Below are positions 1-13,606 of a stretch of 64,000 nucleotides of DNA, in pieces; the stretch's first letter is position 1; each line of letters begins with the position of its first letter. Origin of the DNA: Mobula hypostoma (taxonomy: Eukaryota); contig NC_086108.1 in the NCBI RefSeq assembly GCF_963921235.1, forward strand, positions 61,816,001 to 61,880,000, given 5' to 3'. The notes beneath the pieces are model-generated. The model worked only from the letters and a program-made list of their open reading frames with translations. It did not search any database and had not been told where the DNA came from. A program made the position numbers and the translations under genes.

Positions 1-1828
1 GTACAATCTCTGGAAAGCCATCTCACAGGCAAAGTGGCAGTTCCAGTCTAAACTTGAATTAATGAAGGATGCTCAGCAGTTATGCTAGGGCTTGAATACT
101 ATCAACTCTTATAAAGTAAAATCAAGCAACGTCAGCAACAACAGGGCTTCACTTCCAGATGAACTCAATGCCTTCTATGCTTGCTTTGACTGGCAAAACA
201 TGGAAGAACCATCATGAACTCCCACAGTCCCGAAGACCCTGTGATTTTAGTCTCTGAGGCTGACGGACATGTATCCTTCAGGAGGGTGCACACAGGCCCA
301 GACGGGGTACCTGGCCAAGTGTTAAAGACCTGTTCTGGTCAATTGGCTGAAGTGTTTACTGAGATCTTTAACCTCTCAATTCAATAGTCTGACATACCCA
401 ACTGCTTCAAGCAGGCTTCAATTTCACCAGCGCCTAAGAAGAACATGGTGACCTGCCTCAATGATTATTGTCCAGCAGCACTTACATCCACAGTGATGAA
501 GCCTTTTCAGAGGCTGGTGATGAAACTTGGATCTGCTTCAGTTTGCCTACCGGCACAACAGGTCCACAGCTGACGCCATCCCATTGGCTCTTCACTCAAC
601 TCTGGAACTTCTGGACAGCAAAGGTGCATACATCAGGATGCTCTTTATCAACAACAGCTCATCATTCAATCCTACCATCCCCTCAAAACTGATCAATAAG
701 CTCCAAGACTTTGGTCTTAATACCTCCTTGTGCAATTGGATCCTCAATTTCCTTACTACAGACCCCAGTCAGTTCAGATGGCAACAGTATCTCCTCTACA
801 ATCCCCATCAGCACAGATACACCATAAGACTGTGTGCTTAGCCCCCTGCTCTACTTGCCTTACACTTATGACTAAGTACAGCTCCAATGCCATATTCTTG
901 TTTACTGTCATAGGTCGAATCAAAGGCAATCATGATTCATAACATAGGAGGGAGATTGAAAATCTGGCTGAGTGATGTCACAACAACAACCTCATACTCA
1001 ATGTCAACAAGACCAAGGAGCTGATTTTTAACTTCAGGAGGAAGAAACCAGAGGTCCATGATCAAGTCCCCATTAAGGGATCAGAGGAGGAGGAGGTCAG
1101 CAATTTTAAATTCCTCAGTGTTATCATCTCAGAAGACCTGCCCTGAGCCCGGCACTTAAGTGCAATTACAAAGGAAACGTGACAAATCCTCTGCTTCCTT
1201 AGGAGTTTCCGAAGATTTAGCATGACATCTAAAACTTCTAGAGATGTGTGTTGGAAAGTATATTGACTAGATATATCACTGCCTGGAATGGATACACTAA
1301 TGCCCTTGAACTGAATTTCCATCAAAAAGTTTTGTATATGGCCTAGTCTATCACAGGCAAAGTCCTCTCCACCATTGAGCACATCTACACAAAGCGTTAT
1401 TGTAGGAAAGCAGCATCCATCACTAGAGACTTCCACGACCCAGGTCATGCTCTCTTCTCACTGATGCCATCAGAAAGAAGATACAGTAGTCTTAGGATTC
1501 GCAGCACCAGGTTCAGGAACAGTTATCACCCCCCAACCATCAGGCTCTTGAACCAGTGGGGATGACTTCACCCAACTTCACTTGCCCCGTCACCAAAGTT
1601 TTTCCACAAACGAAGACACATTTTCAAGAGCTCTTCATCTCACGTTATCAATATTTATTGCTTATTATTAGTTCTTCTTTCTTTTTGTATTTGCATGGAT
1701 TGTTTTCTTTTGCGCACTGGTTATATGCTGAGTTGGAGTCTTCCATTGATTCTATTATGATTATTGGATTTATTGAGTATGCCTGCATGGTTGTATATGG
1801 TGATAGTAAATTTACTTTGAACTTTGAA
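1..1828 (+). mobile_element. Rex1/Babar-type LINE, decayed RT and 3' end (5' part outside window)
   Basis: ORF 527-841 [15 protein letters not shown]...YIRMLF...SSSFN...[10 protein letters not shown] matches non-LTR RT domains; LNVNKTKEL-type motif at ~997-1023; ends in an AGTAAATTTACTTTGAACTTTGAA tail; many stops and frameshifts. Confidence 0.75.
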
Positions 1829-3842
1829 GGTAACCTAATGGTACCAGACTCCCACAGCACTGATATTCTGGGAGACTAATTCGATGTATTCAGGAATGGA
1901 ACAATGACCCAAAGCCTCTTGACTGTGTTACTAGTTGAAGTAGAACTCAAAGTTCAATGTACATTTATTATCAAAGTACATATACCATATACAATCTTGA
2001 GATTAACCTTCTTGCAGACAGCCACAAAACAAAGAAAGAAACACAATAGAGCTGACACAGAAGTCACACTTTCTTTGATATGCAGGATCCCTAAAGACAG
2101 TGCTTTTATCCAGTTCAGACAACACCAAGCAATCATGCTGGCTCTCCACTTTGTTCCCAGAGTTCCACAGCTTTGTATTGAAGTCCTCATGAAAACCCTT
2201 GTTTCTGACCTTTTTTAAGCAATACATGTCTTCCATCCTAGTAAATGACAATATCATTCTGACGGAACACAAAGAAAGCTTGTATGGGAATTGAAATGTC
2301 AAGTATTTTGAAGCTGGCTGGACATCCTGACTTTGCGGCACCTGACCTGTGCTGCTTGGTACTCAGTGCTTGAAATGAGTCATTTTCCATTCCCAGCCAC
2401 AAGATCCCTCACAGTCGCATGAGAAAAATCAGAAGTTATATTTTTCCTTGATATACATGACATTTTCAATTTGTGGTATAAAGTATTTAAAATATATACA
2501 TTTGTGATATTACTAATATTTAATATTCACTGGAGATTTATTTAAAATTGATTGAGAAAACCTGGATACTTCAGGGCAATAAGCACTCTTGGCAATTTAG
2601 TTGCACTGTATATATATAAGGCTTGGGATGAGAATGCTTTGTTAGTAGGGACACTGTGAATTCAACAAGGGGGAAGGTTAATCTCTGCCAATGCCTGCCG
2701 TTCCAGTTCAATGAAAGTAATAGAGCCCTATTTCAAATGAAGTCCTAGTTTTGTTAACATCACAGACCAAAATGTTTTGCAGACTTCTGCAGAACTATTT
2801 AAATTGCTGTAGAAGTTCTCCAAGATTTTGCCGGAAGTCATATTTTTTTTCCCTAGTCAAATGGCAGCATCAACTGCAGAAAGAACAAATGTAACTTACA
2901 GGAAAGCAGGGTCAGTAACCATCACGCAGACAGCATCAAAACAGCTTGGAGCCTATTGATGTGAAATTGTGAAGCAGTGAACAATCATGTCCAATTTAGC
3001 CTCCCCAGGGAGTGCCATTTGGTTCAACACATCCCACAACAGTGAAGCTGGAATTAGAAAATCAATGAAGAGATCATTGAACCACCTTTTATCAATGTAT
3101 ATGAGTGCCACAATGTAGGAACACCTTGCTGTATTTATTAGTATAATTTGCCATTGGGTTTGTAAAATATTTCACAGCAATGTAATATTTGGGCTGCCTC
3201 AAACACAAGTGATTGAATCAATTTTCCAGTAGTCTCACAGCCTATTGCTAGAATGCACTCTCACTGTAATTCCTTCCGAAAATTTGATTTTACTGTCAAG
3301 TCAGTCATCTAATCACAACGGGTACAAAGGGAAGTTGAAATTTCCAACAGTGTTGAGAGGATTACTAACAGATTAAAGTTGGCATCTTCAATCGGCATAT
3401 TTGTAAAGCCAGGGAAATCATTTTCAAAACAATGACTGAAAAATCTGTGTTTTTAGGTCACAGTGGACGTTTTACTGGCTGACGTGTAGTGGAGAAGCAG
3501 CCCCAGAATGAATAGGGAAGTCTGACGGCTGAGTAATAAACTGTGCTGACCGTTTGTACTCCTGCTTCACAATCAGAATCAGGTTTATTATCACTGAAAT
3601 ATGTGTGGCATTTGTTGTTTTGCGGCAGCAGTACAATGCAATACATTAAATAAAATACTATAGTTTACAATAAGAAATACCTAAATAAATAAATAGTGCA
3701 GTAAGGAAGCAAAAGAATGAGGTGCTGTTGATTGGATAAAGGTCAATCAGCACATTGCTGACATTGGATTCTGGGAACTAAAACCTCTCCAGTTATGCAA
3801 ATGTCCCTTCCTATTGGAGCTTCTTAACCGGGTACTACAAAG

Positions 3843-3903
3843 CACTGGTTCGCAACCAGTTTTACGCCAAGGACCCCTACCATTGACTGATTGGGAACAC
3901 TTG
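3843..3903 (-). mobile_element. Short hAT-type MITE, degenerate, same family as 60256-60320
   Basis: Aligns by eye to the reverse complement of 60256-60320 (shared GGACCCCTACCATT core, GGTT...AACC termini); followed by a CTCTAGA target-like sequence. Confidence 0.55.
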
Positions 3904-4382
3904 CTCTAGAGTAGTGTCATCTATTTTATCGTGAGTTTCTCATTTGGGTTACAAGTACGGCCCATTGGCTTTGCTTCCGAGTGTGTGTCTACTCCCCTGT
4001 CTTCACTGTTCTGCTGCTAGTTAATACGTGAGCAAAGTGGCTGACTCTGCCACCTTTTTCCAAGAGAGAAGTCATCTACCTCCTCTGGCGTTGTCAATTC
4101 CTGATCACAAGTTATCTCGGAATTTATTTAAGTAGTGAATTCCATAAATCCTTCCAGGTCCAAGGTAGCATGTTAGTCCCTTTGTCACTCATGTGGCATG
4201 GGTTATGAAGCCAAGGAATTCCTCTCCAGGTTTGTTACAATTAATTATCAATTTATTCACTTTAGGAATTAGCAGTAAAAATAACTAATCATACTTTCAC
4301 TTCCCACATAAAGTCTAACATTGATTTAGTGCTTTGGACAACCATGGGATGACCTAGAACATGTTGACAACTTCTAAAGTAT

Positions 4383-4723
4383 TGTGGCATTCCAGGGGGA
4401 GCATAGCAAACAGCTCGTCCTGGCATTCCTGGCGGCAAGCACCACTTACTGTCTTAAAATAAATTCATGGGATTATGGTGGGCTGTTCAAGTTCATTTAT
4501 TGTTACATTTTAGCTTGGGTTATACAGATATTCACTTGTGTGTTTGTGGGTCACCCTGACTGTAACCGGCATGTGTGATAATCACCTCTCCTGTCTGTAC
4601 ATGACAGGGTTGGTTCTGACTGAGTGATGGCACTCTGTCTGTTAACATGCTTGTTGCAATGAAACCAACAGTCAAGATAAATGAGCTCTTCTCTTTGTCA
4701 TTATAGACCGAATGATCGCCACT
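4383..4723 (+). repeat. 5' LTR of Gypsy element
   Basis: Shares ATTCATGGGATTATGGTGGG, CTTGTGTGTTTGTGGGTCACCCTGACT and GACCGAATG blocks with 7479-7841. Confidence 0.88.
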
Positions 4724-4724
4724 T

Positions 4725-4743
4725 TGGCGTCAGGAGTGGGATT
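4725..4743 (+). promoter_or_regulatory. Primer binding site complementary to the tRNA-Leu(CAG) 3' end
   Basis: TGGCGTCAGGAGTGGGATT matches the reverse complement of the vertebrate tRNA-Leu(CAG) 3' end as recalled (TGGTGTCAGGAGTGGGATT) with one mismatch, and starts 1 nt after the LTR end. Confidence 0.85.
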
Positions 4744-5079
4744 ACAAATTGATGGCGAGATTGAAGAGCTTTGATGTTGGATGGAGCACCTTAAGACCCT
4801 GGGGAATAAGTCAAGGGACCGAGCAGTATGACCTCACCCCCCTCTGGGCTCCCAAAGGCAGGACACTGACCCGTGGGAGGAGCTGGGAGCCGAATATCAT
4901 GCCTTCCCGCGGATCCCCAACGGGTCGAGTGTATCCAGGCTCTCCAACCTGCGGACACACCAGAGAACATCACCCATCTCTCTCGCAGTCGGAGCTGGGA
5001 AACCCAAGATGCTGCAGCCATGAGAGAACGGGCGACAAGGCAGGCACCACCGATGCCAGTGGAGCAAAAGGAAGACTAA

Positions 5080-7300
5080 TGGCCCCCAACAATTAACGCC
5101 ACAAGGTCCACGGTGAAGCTCCCCGGTGCAATGGTACCGGCTGCCTGGAGCCTTACCTGGCGCAAGTCAAACTTGCCACATGGTACAAATGGGTGGAGCC
5201 CCACCGAGACACCGGTGCACTTGCCCTGGCACTGGAGGGAGATGCCTTGCAGGCCCTCCTTGACCTAACACCTACAGAGCCTTCGTGGTGGCACTGGAGC
5301 AAATACCATTGGAGGAAGCAATGAGGGAAACTGTGCAGCAGGGGGCGCCATATGGGAGAAGTCCTGTGGGTGCTCAAGGCGGATCTCCACCACTGTGCTC
5401 GGCATGGCTACTTCCAGTTCCCTCCTGCAGCCCAGGAAGAGCTTGCCTTCGGCAGCAAGTTCGCCTGACATCACCATCATCACGAGTCAAGGTGCTGGCA
5501 GAGGCGGAGAGGGCAGAAGCAATTTTAGATCCCAAGGCGTTCCAGTATGGCCCCGCATGCCATGAGCCAGGGCTTGTGTCACCAAGGTGGAAGAGGGGCC
5601 CATGAGACAGATCTGACCAGCGCTGCACCAGCCCCACTGCGTGCCATGGAGAGATCTCTGTTGCTGATATGGTGAGGCAGGCCATGTGGCCCAGGAATGC
5701 CACAGCCCAGTGCAGCCATCGGGAAACGCCGAGCGGGTGGTGCCGCCCCAGACCTCCAGCAGAATCCTCCGTTGTCGCCTCTCCAGGTGGGCCATTTGGG
5801 TAAAGAGCAAGGCTGATATGCGGACTGCAGGGTGGAGGGCAACAGATCCCATGAGCTGGTGGACACGAGGTCAACCATCACCATCATCCGTCCGAATGTC
5901 CTCCCCAGCACGGACCAGCCATCAGCGGTCCTGCTAGCTATGGTCACCGGCGGCTGTGCGGCGATAAGAGGGAAGAGGTGGCTGCACAGTGAAGTGGGGA
6001 AAAGCACAGTGGAGCATGATGTGTGGCTAACAGGCATCTAGAAGTGCTGCATCATTGACCTGGACCTGCTGTCCCACTGGGGTGGGGGGGCCCATGTAGA
6101 GGTGACGGGGGCAACACTCTAGCAGGGCAGCACCGGTGTGCACAGCAACAACCACCACTGATCTCCCAGCAGCCCACCAGAGCGGTCCGGGGGCAGGGGC
6201 AAGCGGTAGTGCTGGCAAGGAGGTTGACCTTCCCACCCACCACTGAGCAGCAGCCGCTGCACAGCCAGCAGGGGAGTGATCCCGTACGGGCCCAGGAGAG
6301 GGGACGGCCTCGGTGCAGGCAGGACGCGGAGCTGTTCTGGCACTGGTGCGACTCTAGTGCAAGAGGGGGCCATGCCACCAGTTTAGGGTGCCAATACAGC
6401 AGTACCTGGAGGGGCCTCAAATGAAGCGTGTAGGAGTGGCCATCCGAAGCCCCTTCCCCTGCAGGTGCCGGGAACCGCCATATTCTCGTGCCCATAGATT
6501 ATTTTACCAAGTGGCCAGAGGCATACGCGATCACGGACTAGGGCACTATCACGGCTGCTGAGAGACTTGTGGTGGAGTTCTTCAGTCAGGCGTTTCAGCA
6601 CCACTGAATGAACCCTCAGTGACCAGGGGCACAACTTTGAGGCTCGGGTGCTTGGTGAGATCTGCAGGCGGCTGGAAATCACCAAAATGCTGAACACCCA
6701 CCCCTTCGCCCGCAGAGTGATGGGCAGGTCGAGCAGCCTGGCAACGCAGCTTGCCAGCCTCGTCAGCCGTCACCAGCATGACTGGGATCGCCATCTACCT
6801 GCAGCATTGTGGGAATACCATATGGCAGTTCAGGAGAGCACCAGGTGTACACCAGCTGTGCTCATGTTCGGGGGCGGGGGGGGGGCTGCGGGAGTGCGGG
6901 GAAGCTGTGCACAGTGGCGGATCTGGTGTTTGGCATTCCCTTCCAAGCCAAAGATTCCTGGGAAGGCTGGGTAGATGTACCATCAGCACCTCAGGGGGTA
7001 CCTGGGGGGTCTGTTTACAATGATGAGGCTCAGCAGAACCAAAGCCCAGCCAGCGGCCACCAAAAACAGGCTTATCATTATCAGGCCTGCAGACAGGGAC
7101 AGGACTTTACTGTGGTGGACCCAGTATGGGTCTACTGCCCCACTGAGAAGACAGGACTGTTCCCCCAAGCTTGGAAGCCTCTGGAAGGGACCGGGAGAGG
7201 CACGACTACATTTCCGCTGTTGTAGGGTGCCGTTGCCTGAGCAACGGAAGGCAGTCATGTGCGCCGGGATCACCTTGCACTGTATCAGTCCTTGGCCACC
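5080..7300 (+). pseudogene. Decayed gag, aspartic protease and integrase of the Gypsy element
   Basis: Eroded CX2CX4HX4C knuckle C-C-*-Y-GEAGHVAQEC at 5659-5700; protease LVDTRSTITII (ORF 5832-6041); integrase DYFTKWPEAY (~6497), SDQGHNFE (~6618), HQHDWDRHLPAAL, and GPY/F-like WKGP (~7182). Confidence 0.85.
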
Positions 7301-7478
7301 ACCAACCCAGCGATGCTGATGGAAGGAAGTGACACTCCAGGTGCCCTGCCTCTCGCCTCACCAAACAGTGCCCCCCTTGGTGGGGGTGGGGGGGGTGCTC
7401 CAGACACCACCTGGACTCTTGGACTTTCTTGTGGACTTTGGGATTGTCTGGGATGGCTGACCCCTCAGATGGGAGCAG

Positions 7479-7841
7479 TGTGGTCCTCCGGGGGTCGGGG
7501 TGGGGGGGAAGAGGGAGAGGGATGCGTGGTCGCCAGCTCACTTCAGCACTCCTAGTGACCAGTGCTACTTATTATCCTTGTTTCAAAATGCATTCATGGG
7601 ATTATGGTGGGAATTTTGAGTTCATTTATTGTTGCGTTTTAACTTGGGTTATACTGTTAATCGCTTGTGTGTTTGTGGGTCACCCTGACTATAAGCAGGG
7701 TGTGTGATAATCATCTCCTCTATCTCTAAGTGGCTGCATCAGTTCTCGATGAGCGATGGTTCCCTATCTGTTATTGTGTTTGTCGCAGTTGAGATAAACA
7801 AGCTCTTCTCGTCTGTCATCGTGGACCGAATGCTCGTCACA
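7479..7841 (+). repeat. 3' LTR of Gypsy element
   Basis: Starts TGTGG after purine-rich GATGGGAGCAG, ends GTCACA followed by the TSD; has a G-rich segment (7490-7522) not matched in the 5' LTR. Confidence 0.88.
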
Positions 7842-10800
7842 GTATGTTCCAAATGTTGACACTGTTATAAAGCAGCTGGTGGCAGTGGGTGTCATTGTAA
7901 ATGGCAGATTCATTTATCACATTTACATTGAAATATAGAGTGAAATATGTTGTTTGTGTTAACAACCAACACACCCAAGAATGTGCTGGGGGCAGCCCAC
8001 AAGCTGGCCACACATTCTGCCTCAAACACTGCATGACAACCATGCTCGACCGAGCTGTACAGAACACAACAAAACAGAACATACCAAGTGACAAAGCAAA
8101 TCAATAACAGCAGACAAGCCCCATTCCTCCCTCCCACTCATATACTGTATACAGTCCTCAGTCTGTGGGACAAATGAGACATTTCTCCTGGTTGCCCCTC
8201 TGCCATTTCTGAAGGCCTCTTCCCCCATTGCTTAGAGTCATTTAGGAACATGGTGACATGTGAAGGCAAGGGTCAGCGGGAGCGCACTGCAAACTATGTG
8301 CACTTCCCCACTCCCTCTACTCCGTGCCCACGATGATTAATTTCTCTTAAAGATGAGTGGTTATGTGAATGTTTGCATTAGCCTGTCCCTCAAAAATCAT
8401 TCATGTTTTAATTGCTATGCCCATCCCTAAAGGAGCAGCAGCTGCAGAACTCATCGAGATTGTGTACTCTTCTTTTCTCCCTCTTACCACAGTTCGCCAC
8501 CAGCTCTGATAGTTTAGATGAGATCCTTCCTTTCAAGCAGGACAATATGGTCACATATCACAAACACCATCAGCTCCCTATTCCAAACACTTCACCATTT
8601 AATCTGTTGCTGTAATTTGACCATCTGAACTTCAGCCTCCTTGTCTGCAGTGTATTACTGCAGTGCTAGTTACGGGCCAGAATGTTCCTTCCAATATTAA
8701 CTCCAATGACCAAATAAAAGAGCATGCTTTGCCTCAACATAGTGAGATATCAATAATGGACCACATTGGAGATGTTACGTCCAGTTCAGAAGAACCTTTT
8801 GGGTGAACTGCCCCAGTTTCATAGCCAGGGTTTAAAGACATAGCTCCAGCTGAAAAGCCAGGTTTTCAGTTTCCTAAAGATATGATTTAACAATTTTTTT
8901 TTACCTTAATTGATTCATTCCTGACATTTCAAAGCAATAAAATTCCTGTCTTTCTTCACTGTTTATGTTCAACAATCTTCATGTCTTGATGCCCTGATTT
9001 TATATCCTCGTTCATTCCATCATTTCCACCCCAAGTCATAGCCTTGGTTTCACTCCCCTGAACAAGGATAAAAATCCTTGTTCACAACATAACGACTGTG
9101 GCTTCTATCAGGCTTATGTGCAGCAATGTTGGCAGTGGTTATGGAAGAAGATCACAGCTCGCTCTCAAAGCTGCATGGAAATTTTAATGAGCTAAGAGAT
9201 CTCCTTGGAGAGGAGGATTGCCACACTAGGGAGATAAAAAAAAATGTGACCACAGGGTGTAAAACTATATACAGAAGAGCTGAGATTTATATTCTGAAAT
9301 ATAAACTGGTTATACCTCATGTATAAGATAGTATGATTATTCTCAGCAATTTCTGAAAGGCTGCCTTAAGGCAATGCTGCTCGACCCCTGTTAGAAAGAG
9401 GCCCTGCCTTCATTGTAAATTCCAGAAGAAAAGTTGAAAGCTTTCATTTTGAAAGTAAGAAAAGGTTTTCATGAGATTAATAGTTTCACTGAGGTACAAA
9501 TACAAATTCTAAAAATGTAAAATATCCTTGGTAAATTTGCTTTGGAATAAAGAAAACTTGCTTGTCTGAATTAAATTCTGCTCACTTCAAAAGCACATGA
9601 GAGAATGCAAAATACACAGACATAATATAGCTTCAAGTCTTCAAATCAGGTCTTTCCTGTATGAATACTATACATTGTGAAAAGGCAGATATTCTTCAAA
9701 CAGTGAAAAATACACAAGGTTTTCTCTTCAGTTGACATTATATCATCAGGTCACACACAGCTATGGATCAGGTACGTAACATAATGTCTGGTCTCCAGCA
9801 AGCCAGGAATATATGATTAAAAAGTTTACGAATTATTAAAGATATTTTTACTGAAAATTGTGGGTTAAAATTCACATGGACTTGTGGGCTATCCCAATAT
9901 CAGAACGATGAGTTCCAATGAAGGGTCTTTGTCCAGATGTGAAAACTCATTTCCCTTTTTACAGATTCTACTTGAATGGCTGAGTTTTCTCCAGATTCTG
10001 TTGTTGTTTCAGATTCCAACATCTGCCGTTTTATTTGTTTCCACTGTAATGTCCTAATAAAATGGGGAAACAACAGTGTGTTCAACTAGACATTTTTCCT
10101 TTCATTTGGTCAAAATTTATGTAGAAGGCCAGATTGTATTCTAACTGTCTATTTCCCTTGAACTGAGAAACTAATTGGGCTGTTTCAGAAGACAGTTAAG
10201 AGTGAACTGCATTATTGTGTGGTCAGGGAGTCGTAACTCGACCACCAAGTAGATGAGAGATTTTTTCCCTGGTGGTAGTCTGAGACAGATGGACTTTTAT
10301 GACATTCCAGTAGTTCCATGGTTACTATAACAGAAAACAGCCTTTTAAAATTCCAGATTAATTTAATTACCTGAACGTAATTCCCCAACTCCCAAGGTCG
10401 AACACAAGCAAATGCCTCCATCGTGCAGGAACTTTGCTGTTTATGCCACCTGCCCCTTACAATTTCCCTAATGTAGCAAAATCTATAAATTAAGCCTTAA
10501 TAAACAATGGAAAATAGTAAAGTTAAACATAACATTTTCAATCTTCCATAGAAGATTTTTGAAACATACGACGCAGGCGGGTCTAGAAAGCATTTAATTA
10601 TATACAGTTTCCGGGGGGAAAAAGATCAGGTGAATCAGTGGAAGTGATCCTTCCAAGAAACTTATTAATCCTTTTTTTCCTTGTTTTTACTTCTTGCATT
10701 TAAAATATATATTTAGAAGTTGTTTTAAAATTACTTGTTTCTTTTTTCCATGTGATTGGCCGCTGTTTGTTGGCCCTCCGTTGGTTGTGGTCAACCATGG

Positions 10801-11276
10801 ATGTTGCACCCCTAGCTACCTGTGGTGCTGGTGCGAGACCAATGTGCGAGTGGCAGTCTCTGTGGGAAAGGTCACGTCTATAAGTAGACTCAGCTCTGAT
10901 GGAGATGCAGCGTTCCTTTCTATGAACCATTGCTACTAAAACAGCTAAGTATTTGCATCCTAGAAGTAATTAATAGATAGCTAATTTCACCCTCACAACC
11001 TGTCAACCACTCCTTCCACCCGTCCCCCACCCCACACAATAACTGGCCTGATTAATGTGATATTCTATTATTTACTTCTGCCAATAGTGGCACTTTAAGG
11101 AGGAATGTAGTAACAAGATGGTTATTATCACATTTCAAAGCAAGTTATTGACAATGTCTCTAAACTGGTAACCTTTATCTGGGCCAAACAGTTCTATTAT
11201 TGTGAGTGTACATTTTACATACATTTGTTTCAAATTGGCATCAAGTGCTTAAGATTATGTATATAGTTTGTTACTT

Positions 11277-11940
11277 TCAGAATCAGAATCAAGCTTAATG
11301 TCACTGGAATATGTTGTGAAATTTGTTGTTTTACGGCAGCAGTATATTGCAATACATAATAACTTTAAAAACTATAAATTACAATAAGAAATATATAGAG
11401 AAAATTAAATTAAGTAACCAGTACAAAAAGAGAACAAAAAGAAACAATGAGGTAGTGTTCATGGGTTCATTAACCATTCAAAATTCTAATGGCGGATGAG
11501 AAGGTAAGGTGCTCCTGATGCGTTGAGTGTGCATCTTCAGGATTCTGTACCTCCTCCTTGATGGTAGCATTGAGAAAAGGGCATGTCCTGGTGATGGTGG
11601 TTCTTAATGCTGATGCCACCTTTTTGAGGCATCTCCTTTTGAAGGTATCCACAATCATGGGGAGGCTTTTGCCCATGATGAAGCTGGCTGAGTTTTCAAT
11701 GTTCTGCAGCTTTTTCTGATCTGTACAGTGGCTCCTCCATACCAGATGGTGATGCAACCAGTTAGAATGTTCTCCATGACACACTTACAGAAATTTGAGC
11801 AGACATGGTATGTAACCAAAAACTCTCTCAAGCTCCTAATGAAATGTAGCCACTGTCTTTGTAATTGCATCATTATGTTGGACCAGGATAGATCTTCAGA
11901 GACCATGAAACTTCTCACCCATCCCACTGCTGATCACTGC
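11277..11940 (-). mobile_element. Rex1/Babar-type LINE 3' fragment with (ATTCTG)n tail
   Basis: Minus ORFs SEDLSWS...QWLHFIRSLR...ENILTGCITIWYG are homologous to 1-1828 and 22190-23030; the tail reads TCAGAATCAGAATC on +. Short tail fragments of the same family at ~3571-3740, ~49729-49820 and ~59985-60110. Confidence 0.75.
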
Positions 11941-12743
11941 AGAAATACAGATATTCCAAAGCTGACTCCTGCTTCACAGTGCAATGAAAATAAAAGACCA
12001 CAGCTTTGTGACAGAACTATGGTCATTTCTTTGCTGTCCCACACTCTAAAGTTTAGTCTGTGACCCACTTGTAAATCTAACAATCTGGCATTAGTTGAAA
12101 ACATGATGATTTGGTTTGATAAAATAATGTGTTTGTTTTTGCTCATTTTCAAATCAATCAATAAGAGTTGGTCTTCAGGATGACTGAAGGGACATTTTGA
12201 CCATATTGATATCAAAATTGTAATGAATAGGCTCAGCCAGTGTTCAGCAAAAGCTATGTTTAGTCAGTGTCAAGTACATTACGAAAACAAAAGAGATCAA
12301 TGCTTTGCTTCTCATTGCACTGTTAATGGACACATCCTATTAGAAAATACAAATGAATTCTAAAAATATAAGAATCACAGTGAGATGAGGTGCCATACTG
12401 TGATTCTTTCACAATCTTATGTAGATGACTGGTTTCTTGACCAGCTGCTTGCATTGAATCAAACTCGAAAATCATTTGTTAAACAAAATAACTGCACCTC
12501 CAGATAAATAACACAATTATTCAAGATAGTCTTTTGCTCAGCTCAGTGATACCAAATTTAAATTATTGACCAGACAAAAGATGTAAGAGTTATATCTACT
12601 GGTGGTCAGAACAAAAAAAGATGGATTTCATCAAATGCTAAGGGCAGCAGCCACGCAAAACAACAGTCCCAAGGCTGTGCCTCACACTGGAGGCATTGAA
12701 CAAAAACACTGAACACAAGGTGAAAAGTGAATAGTCAGTAGGT

Positions 12744-12927
12744 AGTTTCCCAATGGAACTGCTTGGAAAATTTATCTACAGTCCTGTTCATTAACTTGTA
12801 CTCATGTCCTGGTGCCTGCCCTATGAATACCCTACAGCATCTGCAACTACTGCCATTTTTTTTTACAGATTTCTAACACGAACAGTTTTTTTTTCGTTTT
12901 ATCTGCTTCTATTTTATACCGCAGCTT
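12744..12927 (+). repeat. Local diverged duplication, copy 1 (copy 2 at 13607-13779)
   Basis: Shared TTCCCA.TGGAACTGCT, CCTGG..CCTGCCCTA and an exact 25-bp GTTTTATCTGCTTCTATTTTATACC block. Confidence 0.75.
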
Positions 12928-13606
12928 TTTGGAGTGGTGGTTCTCATCTTCTAAAGGTGCATACCAACTTAATTCATGTTAGGAAGAGGGGCAGCACCTG
13001 AGACATTGGGCCAACAAGTCTGGAATCCAGTCTGGTCCTTGAACGTATTCCCTGCAGTACTTGTCCACCCGAACTAACCTGTGTAGAACATGAAAAGCTG
13101 GCCAGGCTGACCTTCCATTGCTAAAAAGATATCTAATGAAAGGGAGTAAGCTCCACACAGCAAGCAGATTTCAGCTGGTGGAACATTGGCCCCCATCTGT
13201 GGACTGCACCCCTTATCTCCTGATGGCCTTTGATCTGAGACTGCTTCAAAGACCTTCAGAATAATTCAGCATTTTCTCCAATTGTAAAAGCATAAAAATT
13301 ATAAAATAATCAAAACACTGTAAGTGATTGCAAACAACTAAATACATTGAAAAAGTAACATAAGCAAACTGTTTCTTTTCTCTTACCCTCGTTTCCCTCT
13401 GGATCAGTGACTCCATTCATTACTCTTCCAGCAGCTACCCTTACTCTGCAGGTGAGGGGCTAGATGTGAGGTAATTAGTGCCACCGGTAGTCTCATCAAG
13501 TCCAATGGGAATCTGGTGTGTCAGCATTGCAACTTCTGTTTGTCCTAGACCCGCACACTTCACTTCACATGCATGGAAAGTGAAAGTGAGGTGAAAGACA
13601 GGCATC

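Larger units (their letters stand above)
4383..7841 (+). mobile_element. Ty3/Gypsy LTR retrotransposon, internally deleted (no RT/RNaseH)
   Basis: Homologous LTRs 4383-4723 and 7479-7841; outer termini TGTGGC...GTCACA; 4-bp TSD GTAT at 4379-4382 and 7842-7845; PBS directly after the 5' LTR; gag, protease and integrase remnants. Confidence 0.9.

Noticed and set aside
5832..7300. Gmr1-like PR-IN-RT domain order
   Set aside because: Integrase follows protease, but the 3' LTR comes next with no RT, so the order cannot be shown; deletion is the simpler explanation.
4749..7707. Dense overlapping ORFs as host genes
   Set aside because: GC-rich decayed Gypsy interior; only the gag, protease and integrase motifs are meaningful.
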